Source of the DNA: an uncultured Actinomycetes bacterium
GTDB taxonomy: Bacteria; Actinomycetota; JAICYB01
Assembly (NCBI GenBank): GCA_963766295.1
Contig: CAVXYW010000001.1
Location: 196,364 to 260,363 of the forward strand
DNA length: 64,000 nt
Direction of reading: 5' to 3'
Under the pieces are notes generated by a model. The model was not told the DNA's origin. It made no database searches and was given only the letters and a program-made list of their open reading frames with translations. Numbering within the stretch: the first letter of the stretch is position 1; every line of letters starts with the position of its first letter. Below, in pieces: positions 45,053 through 54,136 of the stretch. Both the position numbers and the translations under genes were made by a program.

Positions 45053-47602
45053 ATGCATGCGATGGAAGTCATCCTCGTCCCGACCACCCATTGGGACCGC
45101 GAGTGGTATCGCACGTTCCAGGCCTTCCGGTCCCGGCTGGTCGACACGGTCGATTTCGTTCTCGGCCTAATCGATAGCGATCCCGGCTACACCTTCCTGC
45201 TGGACGGGCAAACCATCGTTTGCGAGGACTACGCCGAGATAAGACCACAACGGCGAGCCGACCTTGAGCGGCACATCCGTGAAGGCCGAGTCGAGATCGG
45301 TCCCTGGTACGTGCAGCCGGACTCCCTGATCCCCGGCGGCGAAGCTCACGTGCGCAACCTGCTCGAGGGCCGCCGCGCGGGTGAGGAGTTCGGACCGGTT
45401 TCCCGTGTCGCCTACACACCGGACTCCTTCGGCCACCCAGCTCAGTTCCCGCAGATGTTCGCCGGATTCGGTATGCAGCACTTCGTGTACTGGCGCGGCA
45501 ACTCCGACGAGATCGCCGAGCTCCCCGCCGAGTACGCATGGGTCGCTCCAGACGGCACCGCGATCGTGGCCTGTCACCTGTGGCGAGGTTACGGCGCAGC
45601 TGCCGGGCTGCCGCGCGATGTCGATCACGCCGTTGGCCGGCTTAGGAAGGCCGTTGAGGACCTGGCGGCTCGCACGAAAACCGATCGCGTTCTGCTTCTT
45701 GCCGGCACGGACCATCAGCCTCCGGACCCGCACACTCGAGAGGTGTGCGAAGCGCTGGCATCAGAAACGGGATGGACGGTGCAACGCGGAGTCTTGAGGG
45801 ACTTCGTCGATGGACTGACGTTCGACGGAAGGACCGAATTCCGAGGAGAGCTCCTGGGCGGACGGATCGCGAACCTCCTGCCGTCGGTGTGGTCGACCCG
45901 CACCTACTTGAAGATCGAGAACCGGACATGCGAGACCGCTTTGGACGGCTGGGCCGAACCATGGGTGGCTCTGGGACGAGCACTTGGGTGTGAGGATGAG
46001 AGCCCGTCGATCCGTCTTGCTTGGCGCCAGCTGCTGCAGAACCAAGCGCACGACTCGATCTGCGGCTGCTCACAGGACGCCGTCCACGAACAGATGCTTG
46101 CACGCTACGACGCGGCGCGCGAGATCGCGCGCGAGACAACCGCACGCGTTTGCGAACGACTCGCAGGCCTCGGCCCCCAACGACGAGTCGACTGGACTAC
46201 CGACATCGACATCGCGGTTTTCAATCCATCGCCGCATGCGCGTACCGATGTCGTGCGCTTCCCGCTGCAAGGCTTTCCGCCCTTCGACAACGCCGAACGA
46301 CACGGGATCCATCCGATCAACTGGTCGAACATGAGACCGATCGGATACGAGATCGACGGGAAGCCCGCACGGCTGGTTCCCGTCGAGACACACGATCGCG
46401 TTCGCATCATCAACGAGCAGCAGGATTGGGACCTCGAGTTCGTTGCGCCGGACGTTCCGGCTTTCGGCTATCGCAAGTTCACGATGAAGCGAAGCGAAAC
46501 CGAAAGCCCGGACGCGGTCGATGACGGGCGCTCGATCGAAGCCGGATCGGTTTTTGTCGAAGCGAACGACGACGGAACGATCGACGTCTCGTTCGCCGAT
46601 AAGAAGTTCACCGGCCTCTTCGATCTCGAGAACATCGGCGACCGCGGCGATACCTACGACTTCGATCCGGTACCTGGTGAGTGGAAGATCGGCGATGTCC
46701 GCACAGAGCGGGTCATCAACCCGAATGGAATCCAGCTATTGCGCACGAAGCGCTTCTTCGGCGTACCGCGGCTGGACGAAAGCAGAACGCAGCGCTCTGA
46801 AATCAACAAGTACTTGGAGCTTGAGACAGAGATACGCATCGCGCCTGGAGTCGATCGCGTCGACGTCCGGGTCGTCGTCAGGAATGAAGCGACCGATCAC
46901 CGGCTGCGGATGTTGTTTCCCACGGGTGCACCCGTCGACAGGTTCAAGACGGCGACGACGTTCGACGTCGCGACGCGATCAACCGAGGTGCGCGACGGAT
47001 CGCTGTGGCTGCACCCGGCTCCCGCGACCTTCCCCCATCAGGGCTGGGTGAGCGCGAACGGGCTTACGGTCGTCGCGCCCGGACTGACCGAGGGCGAAGT
47101 GACAGCCGACGGCATAGTCGCGATCACATTGCTGCGTTCCGTCGGCTGGCTCTCACGTATGGATCTGAAGACACGTCCGAGCCACGCGGGTCCGGCTTTG
47201 CCGACACCGGGCGCCCAGTGCGTCCGGACTTTCGAGGCACGTGTGTGTCTACTTCCGGGAGAAGATGCCAGCGCTGCGCGCGACGCCGAGCTCGGATTGC
47301 TTGCCACGGCCGCGGGAGCCGAGCCGATGCTCGAACCGCTCATCTCGCTCGTAACCATCGAGCCCTCCCAACTCCAGCTGAGCGCGTTGAAGCCTGCCGA
47401 AAGTGGAAAGGGATTCGTCGTCCGGGTGCTCAACCCAACCAACGAACCGATCGATGCGCGGATCGCCCTCGGTCTCGATGCGTCCATCGCGGAGATCGTT
47501 CGCCTGGACGAAACCCCGACGGACGGTGAAGTCAAACTCGACGGACGGTCATTGCTCTTCGCGGCTGCGCCGCACGCGCTGGTGTCCGTACTGATCGACT
47601 AG
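45053..47602 (+). CDS. Glycoside hydrolase family 38 (alpha-mannosidase / mannosylglycerate hydrolase-like)
   Basis: 849 aa. N-terminus VPTTHWDREWY..YVQPD..PDSFGHP..AGTDHQPP is typical of bacterial GH38. Confidence 0.85.
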   Translation: MHAMEVILVPTTHWDREWYRTFQAFRSRLVDTVDFVLGLIDSDPGYTFLLDGQTIVCEDYAEIRPQRRADLERHIREGRVEIGPWYVQPDSLIPGGEAHVRNLLEGRRAGEEFGPVSRVAYTPDSFGHPAQFPQMFAGFGMQHFVYWRGNSDEIAELPAEYAWVAPDGTAIVACHLWRGYGAAAGLPRDVDHAVGRLRKAVEDLAARTKTDRVLLLAGTDHQPPDPHTREVCEALASETGWTVQRGVLRDFVDGLTFDGRTEFRGELLGGRIANLLPSVWSTRTYLKIENRTCETALDGWAEPWVALGRALGCEDESPSIRLAWRQLLQNQAHDSICGCSQDAVHEQMLARYDAAREIARETTARVCERLAGLGPQRRVDWTTDIDIAVFNPSPHARTDVVRFPLQGFPPFDNAERHGIHPINWSNMRPIGYEIDGKPARLVPVETHDRVRIINEQQDWDLEFVAPDVPAFGYRKFTMKRSETESPDAVDDGRSIEAGSVFVEANDDGTIDVSFADKKFTGLFDLENIGDRGDTYDFDPVPGEWKIGDVRTERVINPNGIQLLRTKRFFGVPRLDESRTQRSEINKYLELETEIRIAPGVDRVDVRVVVRNEATDHRLRMLFPTGAPVDRFKTATTFDVATRSTEVRDGSLWLHPAPATFPHQGWVSANGLTVVAPGLTEGEVTADGIVAITLLRSVGWLSRMDLKTRPSHAGPALPTPGAQCVRTFEARVCLLPGEDASAARDAELGLLATAAGAEPMLEPLISLVTIEPSQLQLSALKPAESGKGFVVRVLNPTNEPIDARIALGLDASIAEIVRLDETPTDGEVKLDGRSLLFAAAPHALVSVLID

Positions 47603-47605
47603 GCG

Positions 47606-48385
47606 TCAGCGGTAGTCGCGACGCCGGCTGAGCCAGCTGCCCACCGCAACACCACCGCCGAATATCGCTACGGCGGCGAACGCGGACGGGATGCCGAAAA
47701 GCAAGAGCGGGCGGCGCGTCCGCAACTCGAAAACGGGCCACCCGCATTCTCTTGCTGCTCGTTTCAGATCGGCATCCGGATTGACCGCGATTGGGTGGCC
47801 AACGAGCTCGAGCAACGGCAGGTCGTTGATCGAGTCCGAGTATGCGTAGGACTCTTCGAGGTCGATGTCCATGCGCGATGCGAGGTCGGCCACAGCCGCC
47901 GCCTTACTTTCACCGTGCAGCACACCTTCCGGTGTAAGCCGGCCCGTGTAACGACCGTTCTCGACTTCGGCCGTTGTTCCCAAAGCTCCGGTCATCTCGA
48001 GGCTCTCGGCGATCAGATCGGCCAACTCAACGGGGGATGCCGTACAGAGGTAAGTCAGATCTCCGACGTCCCGGTGGTGCTCGATGACGCGAGCGAGTCC
48101 CTCGTAGACGCGAGGAAGGATGCGTTCCTCGGCGATCTCCCTCCCCATCTCCTGCAATTCGCGCACGGCGCGTCCGGCCACGAATTCGAGGGTCGACTCG
48201 CGAGATGAATCGACGCCTTTCTCCGATTCGCCCGACACCCGGAACATCAGTTGCTGCCAGCCGAACCGAGCGATGTCGCGCACACGGTAGTAGTCACGGG
48301 CGTACATGCCCCGTGCCAGCAGGAATAGCGATGACCCGGGGATCAGGGTTTTGTCGAGGTCGAAGAAAGCGGCGCGTTGGCCCAT
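47606..48385 (-). CDS. HAD-IB hydrolase (SerB-like) with C-terminal TM anchor
   Basis: AAFFDLDKTLI..YSDSINDLPLL; hydrophobic tail LLLFGIPSAFAAVAIFGGGVAVGSWL. Confidence 0.8.
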   Translation of the reverse strand: MGQRAAFFDLDKTLIPGSSLFLLARGMYARDYYRVRDIARFGWQQLMFRVSGESEKGVDSSRESTLEFVAGRAVRELQEMGREIAEERILPRVYEGLARVIEHHRDVGDLTYLCTASPVELADLIAESLEMTGALGTTAEVENGRYTGRLTPEGVLHGESKAAAVADLASRMDIDLEESYAYSDSINDLPLLELVGHPIAVNPDADLKRAARECGWPVFELRTRRPLLLFGIPSAFAAVAIFGGGVAVGSWLSRRRDYR

Positions 48386-48427
48386 AGTTCAATGGTAGCC
48401 CTGGTTGAACGCGTGAAGGAGAGACGT

Positions 48428-48838
48428 ATGGATATGGATAAGGCGCTCAAGTTCATAAATGAGAATCCCCGGGCCGTTCTCGTTACGACTCGCGAGAACG
48501 GAAGGCCTCAGACCTCGCCGATCCTCGCTGCGATCGACGACGAAGGCCGACTGATCATCTCCACTCGCGAAACGGCGTACAAGGTGCGCAACCTGCGGCG
48601 CAATCCGCGAGCGTCGCTCTGCTTTCTGACAAACGAGTTCTTCGGAGGCCATGTCCAGATCGACGGAACCGCAGAGATCATCTCTCTCCCTGAAGCGATG
48701 GACTTGCTCGTCGACTACTACCGGCGCTTGTCGGGCGAGCACGACGACTGGAATGACTACCGCTCGGTCATGGAGCGCGACAAGCGAGTGATCGTTCGCG
48801 TGAACATCGAGAACGCCGGGCCCGACCGCAGCGGCTAG
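48428..48838 (+). CDS. PPOX-class (pyridoxamine-5'-phosphate-oxidase-like, probable F420-dependent) protein
   Basis: GAAGGAG precedes ATG 48428. AVLVTTRENGRPQTSPILAAIDDEGRLIISTRETAYKVRNLRRNPRASL. Confidence 0.75.
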   Translation: MDMDKALKFINENPRAVLVTTRENGRPQTSPILAAIDDEGRLIISTRETAYKVRNLRRNPRASLCFLTNEFFGGHVQIDGTAEIISLPEAMDLLVDYYRRLSGEHDDWNDYRSVMERDKRVIVRVNIENAGPDRSG

Positions 48839-49089
48839 GCGTTACGCAGCACCCGGACGAGCAATAGAAGGACGATCGCTCCGACCGTCGCGCTGATCAC
48901 CTGTGCGACCTCGTGCAGCCCGAGGGCGCGAAAGATGTATCCGCCGATGACGGCTCCCATGATTCCGATAACGAGATAAGCCAAACAGCCCCGCAACCGG
49001 GTCCGTCCTCTTACGAGGATGCTGGCTATCCAGCCCGCCACGAAACCGACGAGCAGGAACCGGATCAACTCGCGCATGATGCTCAGCAT
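48835..49089 (-). CDS. GlsB/YeaQ/YmgE-family small membrane protein
   Basis: LLVGFVAGWIASILVRG..LVIGIMGAVIGGYIF. Start is uncertain (49089, 49110 or 49116). Confidence 0.7.
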   Translation of the reverse strand: MLSIMRELIRFLLVGFVAGWIASILVRGRTRLRGCLAYLVIGIMGAVIGGYIFRALGLHEVAQVISATVGAIVLLLLVRVLRNA

Positions 49090-49771
49090 GCCCGAGATGG
49101 GTGCCCTCATCGCCAAGGGCCGCGCAGCCGACGTTTACGAATACGGAGAGGGACGGGTGCTGCGCCGATACCGCACCGACTACGACTGCGCGTACGAAGC
49201 CAAGGTGATGCGCCACGTGCACGAACACTCCTACCCCATCCCCGAGGTGTACGAAGCCGAGGGCCGGGACATCGTTATGGAGCGGTTGGACGGACAGACG
49301 ATGCTCGCGGATTTCTCGCGAAGGCCCTGGTTGCTTTACAAACATGGCGCCACACTCGCCCGTCTCCTGAAGCAGCTCCATGAGATTCCGGCTCCCGATT
49401 GGCTGAACCCCAAGCACGCTGGAGAAGGGACCACGCTCGTCCATCTGGATCTGCATCCCGACAACGTGATGCTCACGCCGAATGGGCCGGTCGTGATCGA
49501 CTGGTCCAACGCGGGGTGCGGAGTACCCGAAGCCGAGGTCGCCGACCTTTGGCTGATCATGTCGTGCGCCAATCCGGACGTTGGTCGGCTCGAGCGGTTC
49601 CTTATCAAGGTCGGCCGCGGACTGTTCGCTCGAAGCGTCATCAGGCACTTCGACCGAGATGCGATACGCCGTCGCTTGGAACTGGCCGCCGACTACCGCC
49701 TCCGCGATCGCAACATGACCGAGGTGGAGCGGGAGAGGATCCGAAGCTTCGTCAAGGAGTGGAAGCTCTAG
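49088..49771 (+). CDS. APH-like phosphotransferase (short)
   Basis: LVHLDLHPDNVMLTPNGPVVIDWSNAG. Start is ATG 49088 or 49097. Confidence 0.75.
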   Translation: MPEMGALIAKGRAADVYEYGEGRVLRRYRTDYDCAYEAKVMRHVHEHSYPIPEVYEAEGRDIVMERLDGQTMLADFSRRPWLLYKHGATLARLLKQLHEIPAPDWLNPKHAGEGTTLVHLDLHPDNVMLTPNGPVVIDWSNAGCGVPEAEVADLWLIMSCANPDVGRLERFLIKVGRGLFARSVIRHFDRDAIRRRLELAADYRLRDRNMTEVERERIRSFVKEWKL

Positions 49772-49781
49772 GGAAACTTTG

Positions 49782-50690
49782 CTACTTCAGGACGATCTCC
49801 ATGCCTTCGTGCGCGAGCTCCGGCGCGTCGTTGGCAGAGCCCCACAGCTCCTTCGCTCGCTTCAGGTGCACGTCCAGTTCTTCATCCGAGTGCGCAGGGT
49901 CGTGGTGGAAGAGCACGAGGTTTCGGACTTTGGTCATCAGCCCAAATGAAACGGTGTGGGCGATGCTCGAATGCCCCCAGGCTCGATGGTTCGGGTACTC
50001 GTCCTCCGTGTACTGGGAGTCGTGGAACAAAAGATCGGCTCCGTGGGCGACGGAGAAGCCCGAAACCCATTCCGGTTCCACCGTTTCGAGGTCCTGTCCC
50101 AGCGCCGGCTCGTGGTCCGGGATGTAGGCGAAGGAGCGTCCGTTCTCCTCGATCCTGAACGCGACGGTGGAGCCGCGGTGCGCCACGGGTTGCACAAGGA
50201 TTCGCGCGCTTCCGATCTGCAGCTCCTCTTCGGGAACGTCGTGGTAGATCGGACGACACGGCACGTCGGCAAGATGCACCGGGAAGAGCGGTGGCGACAT
50301 CAACGTCGCGATCCGGTCTTGGAGTGAGCGAAGTGGCGATGGAGGGCCCCATACATGCAGCTCGACGTCCGGGTTCCAAAGAGCGGAGAAGAATCCGATC
50401 CCTTCGACGTGATCTAGATGAAGGTGACTCAGGAAGAGATTGATCTTCTTGATCGGTTCGACCGGAGCCAGCCGGCCGTCATGGGTGGGGTGAGGGTCCG
50501 GCTGGGCCTTGCCCGTGCTCATTCCGGCGATGTGCCGTCCGAGGTCGCGGATCCCCGTACCGGCGTCGAGGATGATCAGCTCGCCGTCCTCTAGCCGAAC
50601 TTCGACGCTCGAGGTGTTGCCGCCGTACTTGACCGTGCTCGGGCCGGGTGAGGCGAGCGATCCGCGGCAACCCCAGATTCGGATTCGCAC
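49782..50690 (-). CDS. MBL-fold metallo-hydrolase
   Basis: RIRIWGCRGS..LDAGTG..LFLSHLHLDHVEG; 302 aa. Confidence 0.8.
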   Translation of the reverse strand: MRIRIWGCRGSLASPGPSTVKYGGNTSSVEVRLEDGELIILDAGTGIRDLGRHIAGMSTGKAQPDPHPTHDGRLAPVEPIKKINLFLSHLHLDHVEGIGFFSALWNPDVELHVWGPPSPLRSLQDRIATLMSPPLFPVHLADVPCRPIYHDVPEEELQIGSARILVQPVAHRGSTVAFRIEENGRSFAYIPDHEPALGQDLETVEPEWVSGFSVAHGADLLFHDSQYTEDEYPNHRAWGHSSIAHTVSFGLMTKVRNLVLFHHDPAHSDEELDVHLKRAKELWGSANDAPELAHEGMEIVLK

Positions 50691-50691
50691 G

Positions 50692-51120
50692 CTATCCGTT
50701 GTCCTCCAACTGCCAGAAGACGGAAACGGCGCCGCAGAACTCTCCGCCGCGTCCTATCAACGGATAAGCCGTGACGGCGATCTTGCGCTTAACACCGTCC
50801 AACCCGGTGATCCGAAGTTCACGATGCGCGGGGATGTGTTTGGTCAACGCGATGGCCGAGGGCAGCTCGGATACATCGACAGGGCTCCCGTCGAGATCAC
50901 AGGGCGCGAACTGAGGGAGCTCGGCGAGCCTGCCCACGCCGATCTCGCGCTCAGGACTTCCGACGATGGCTTGAACGTGTTCGTTGTAATAGACGAGCTC
51001 CCCCTCCTCGTCCCAAATCCACATGGGCGTCGCGACGTTAACCGCGAGCTCCCTTGCAAGAATCAGCGCGACATTCCGTTGTCGCACCGCACCCATAACG
51101 GGTGAGCCTACTCCCATCAA
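50692..51120 (-). CDS. Stand-alone PAS-like domain protein
   Basis: About 130-142 aa, WIWDEEGELVYYNEHVQAIVG..RKIAVTAYPLIGRGGEFCGAVSVFWQ. Its stop is 1 nt from the MBL start. Confidence 0.55.
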   Translation of the reverse strand: MMGVGSPVMGAVRQRNVALILARELAVNVATPMWIWDEEGELVYYNEHVQAIVGSPEREIGVGRLAELPQFAPCDLDGSPVDVSELPSAIALTKHIPAHRELRITGLDGVKRKIAVTAYPLIGRGGEFCGAVSVFWQLEDNG

Positions 51121-51258
51121 GACGCACTTTGGAGTGGTCCCAATGTGAACTTGGTCACACCAACCAGGACGCTCGCTCCAGCAAGCAGCGCCTCAAAGCG
51201 GAGTAGCCGCCTCGGGACGCATGCGGCTCGGGAAGTATCTGGTAAACACTTCCCAGCC

Positions 51259-52065
51259 ATGTCGAGCCGATCGGAGAAGCGTGCCAGGCAGAAGGAGCGC
51301 CGGCATGCCCGCCAAGCCGAGGTGCAGTCCTATCTACGGCGGCGCCGCCGCCAAAGATTGGGGATCCTGCTCGGATCCCTCGCCGCCGTAGCCGCGATAG
51401 TTCTTGCGGTTCTCTACGTCATGCGTACCCCCTCAACACCGGAGGCCACCCCGGGTCCCAGCGGTGAAGACGGCCTCATAACCGTCCCGATTCAGCGCAA
51501 CGTCGCCTGCGGCGCGGAAGTACCGGAGACGGCAGGATCGAAGAAGAAGCAGTACGGCAGCGCCGAAGACCAGAAGCTCGATCCGGACAAGAGCTACACG
51601 CTAAAGCTGGAAACGTCCTGCGGAGACATCGAGGTCGATCTCGATGTCGAGCGGGCCCCGCTCACCTCAAACTCTGTGGCTTTCCTTGTCCGAGAGAAGT
51701 TCTACGACGGAACCTTCTTCCATCGTTTGGCCCCCGAGTTCGTCATTCAGGGCGGCGACCTCACCGGCCAAGGCTCGGGAGGCTCGGGTTATAAGGTTCA
51801 AGAGGACCCGCCCGAAGACCTCACTTACGACGAGGGCGTCGTGGCCATGGCGAAGGGAGGCATCGAGGTCCCCGGTACTTCCGGATCGCAATTCTTCATC
51901 GTTTCCGGACCTAAGGGACAGAATCTGCAGCCCGACTACGCAGTACTCGGAAAAGTCACGAAGGGCATGGACGTGGTCGCCAAGATCATGCAAACCGCTA
52001 TTGCGGACATGCAGCCACCCAGCGCCTACACCTACGTCGAACGCGCAACGATCGTCGAGGAATAG
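51259..52065 (+). CDS. Membrane-anchored cyclophilin-type peptidyl-prolyl isomerase
   Basis: Basic N-terminus and a TM helix (LGILLGSLAAVAAIVLAVLYV), then FYDGTFFHRLAPEFVIQGGD..GSQFFI. Confidence 0.85.
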   Translation: MSSRSEKRARQKERRHARQAEVQSYLRRRRRQRLGILLGSLAAVAAIVLAVLYVMRTPSTPEATPGPSGEDGLITVPIQRNVACGAEVPETAGSKKKQYGSAEDQKLDPDKSYTLKLETSCGDIEVDLDVERAPLTSNSVAFLVREKFYDGTFFHRLAPEFVIQGGDLTGQGSGGSGYKVQEDPPEDLTYDEGVVAMAKGGIEVPGTSGSQFFIVSGPKGQNLQPDYAVLGKVTKGMDVVAKIMQTAIADMQPPSAYTYVERATIVEE

Positions 52066-52069
52066 CTCG

Positions 52070-52903
52070 TTGCCCACTGCGAACGCGAATGGGGTTCGCA
52101 TCCAGATACACCATCTTGGCGGGACCGGGCCTCCACTCGTATGCGTACATGCGACCGGTTTCCACGGACGAGTTTGGGAACCATTCGTACCGAGGCTGCG
52201 AGAACACTTTTCGATCGTCTCGTTCGATCAGCGAGGACACGGCGATTCGGACAAGCCGGCCGACGGATACGAGTGGCCGAAGTTCGGGGACGACGTCCTT
52301 GCCGTGATCGAAGAGCTGGAGCTCCAACGACCGGTTGGTATCGGACATTCAGCGGGGGCAGCCGCGCTCGTTCTGGCCGAAACCAAGCGTCCAGGCTCTT
52401 TCTCGAAGCTCGTGCTCATGGATCCGGTAACACCGGAGCCCGACATCGGCGCGTTCATGGCATCCGGTGAGAACCCGATGTCGGATCAAGCGCGCCGGCG
52501 TCGAGCCATCTGGGACTCGGCCGACGAGATGGTTCGGCGTCTAAAGCAAGGCAGTCCACTCGCCTCTTGGAAAGAGGAGTTCCTTCGCGCTTACGTCACC
52601 TATGGAACGCAACCGCGCGAGGACGGAACCGTCGAGCTCAAGTGCCCGCCCGATGTCGAGGCGCAGATCTATCAGATGGGAGGCCGACACGACGGGTGGG
52701 ACCGGCTGGCCGACATCGATCCTCCGACACTGCTGCTCACCGGAGACGACTCCCCCATGTGGTTCGGTGAGCGCTCCTCGCAGGCATCGGAGCGATTGCG
52801 CAACGGACACGGCGAAGTAGTGCACGGCGGACACTTCTTCCCGATGGAGAATCCGGACGAAACACTCGACCGCATTTTGGCCTTCCTGACAACAACGACT
52901 TAG
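52070..52903 (+). CDS. Alpha/beta hydrolase
   Basis: Real part of ORF 51644..52903. Candidate TTG start at 52070. VCVHATGFHG..GIGHSAGAAA. Confidence 0.75.
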   Translation: MPTANANGVRIQIHHLGGTGPPLVCVHATGFHGRVWEPFVPRLREHFSIVSFDQRGHGDSDKPADGYEWPKFGDDVLAVIEELELQRPVGIGHSAGAAALVLAETKRPGSFSKLVLMDPVTPEPDIGAFMASGENPMSDQARRRRAIWDSADEMVRRLKQGSPLASWKEEFLRAYVTYGTQPREDGTVELKCPPDVEAQIYQMGGRHDGWDRLADIDPPTLLLTGDDSPMWFGERSSQASERLRNGHGEVVHGGHFFPMENPDETLDRILAFLTTTT

Positions 52904-52936
52904 CCTGGCGCCGTCAGTCGATCCAGGAGGTATCCG

Positions 52937-54133
52937 GTGAAGGTTGTTTGCGTTCTATACGACGATCCCGTCGACGGTTACCCGCCGCAATATGCGCGGG
53001 ACGACATACCAAGGATCGAGGGTTACCACGGAGGCCAGACGGCCCCGACCCCTGCATCGCTCGACTTCAATCCCGGCGAACTCCTTGGGTGCGTCTCCGG
53101 TGCGCTCGGACTGCGCAAGTTCCTCGAGGAGCTTGGCCATACCCTCGTCGTGACATCGGACAAGGACGGAGACGACTCCGAACTCGATCGCAACCTTCCC
53201 GACGCCGACGTCGTGATCTCTCAGCCCTTCTGGCCGGCATACATGACGGCCGAACGCTTCGCCAAGGCGCCGAACCTGAAACTGGTGATTACTGCTGGCA
53301 TCGGATCCGACCACACCGACCTTCAGGCGGCCATCGAACGGGGTGTCACGGTGGCGGAGGTGACGTACTCGAACTCGATAAGCGTTTCCGAACACGTCGT
53401 GATGATGATCCTCGGGTTGGTGCGTAACTACCTACCGCAGCATCAGATCGCGCGGGACGGCGGCTGGAATATCGCCGATGCTGTGACACGTTCCTACGAC
53501 CTCGAAGGTATGCAGGTCGGCACAGTTGCCGCAGGACGGATCGGCTCAGCCGTTCTTCGTCGCCTCAAGCCGTTCGAAGTCGGACTGCACTACACAGACC
53601 GTCATCGCCTTCCAAAAGATGTCGAGGACGAGCTCGGCGTGACCTTCCACGACAACGTCGAATCTTTAGTGAGTGTGTGCGACGTCATAACGATCAACGC
53701 CCCGTTGCACCCCGAGACCGAACACATGTTCAACGACGAGTTGATCGGGAAGATGAAGCGCGGCACGTACATCGTGAACACGGCCCGCGGGAAGATCTGC
53801 GACCGCGACGCCATCGCCCGGGCCCTGCAGAGCGGACAGCTCGCCGGATACGCCGGGGATGTTTGGTTCCCACAACCTGCGCCCAAGGACCATCCATGGC
53901 GAACGATGCCGCATCACGGGATGACCACCCATACGTCGGGCACCTCGCTATCGGCGCAGACGCGTTATTCGGCTGGTACGCGAGAGATCCTCGAGTGTTT
54001 CTTCGACAACAAGCCCATCCGCGAGGAGTACCTGATCGTTCAGGGCGGACATCTGGCGGGCGCCGGCGCGCACTCCTACAGCGAGGGCGATGCGACGGGG
54101 GGTTCGGAGGAAGCCGCGAAGTTCGGGAAATAG
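52937..54133 (+). CDS. fdh: NAD-dependent formate dehydrogenase
   Basis: AGGAGG precedes GTG 52937. KVVCVLYDDPVDGYP..TAGIGSDHTDL..GTVAAGRIGSAV..PQPAPKDHPWRTMP. Confidence 0.85.
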   Translation: MKVVCVLYDDPVDGYPPQYARDDIPRIEGYHGGQTAPTPASLDFNPGELLGCVSGALGLRKFLEELGHTLVVTSDKDGDDSELDRNLPDADVVISQPFWPAYMTAERFAKAPNLKLVITAGIGSDHTDLQAAIERGVTVAEVTYSNSISVSEHVVMMILGLVRNYLPQHQIARDGGWNIADAVTRSYDLEGMQVGTVAAGRIGSAVLRRLKPFEVGLHYTDRHRLPKDVEDELGVTFHDNVESLVSVCDVITINAPLHPETEHMFNDELIGKMKRGTYIVNTARGKICDRDAIARALQSGQLAGYAGDVWFPQPAPKDHPWRTMPHHGMTTHTSGTSLSAQTRYSAGTREILECFFDNKPIREEYLIVQGGHLAGAGAHSYSEGDATGGSEEAAKFGK

Positions 54134-54136
54134 TTC

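Noticed and set aside
49087-49090. Divergent GlsB-like and kinase genes both starting in one CATG palindrome
   Set aside because: That layout would leave no promoter space for either gene. More likely at least one uses a different start, so it is not reported as a finding.
51644-52069. N-terminal 140 codons of the 419-aa ORF 51644-52903
   Set aside because: They overlap the cyclophilin gene in another frame and are Ser/Arg/Pro-rich. The hydrolase homology starts only near 52070.
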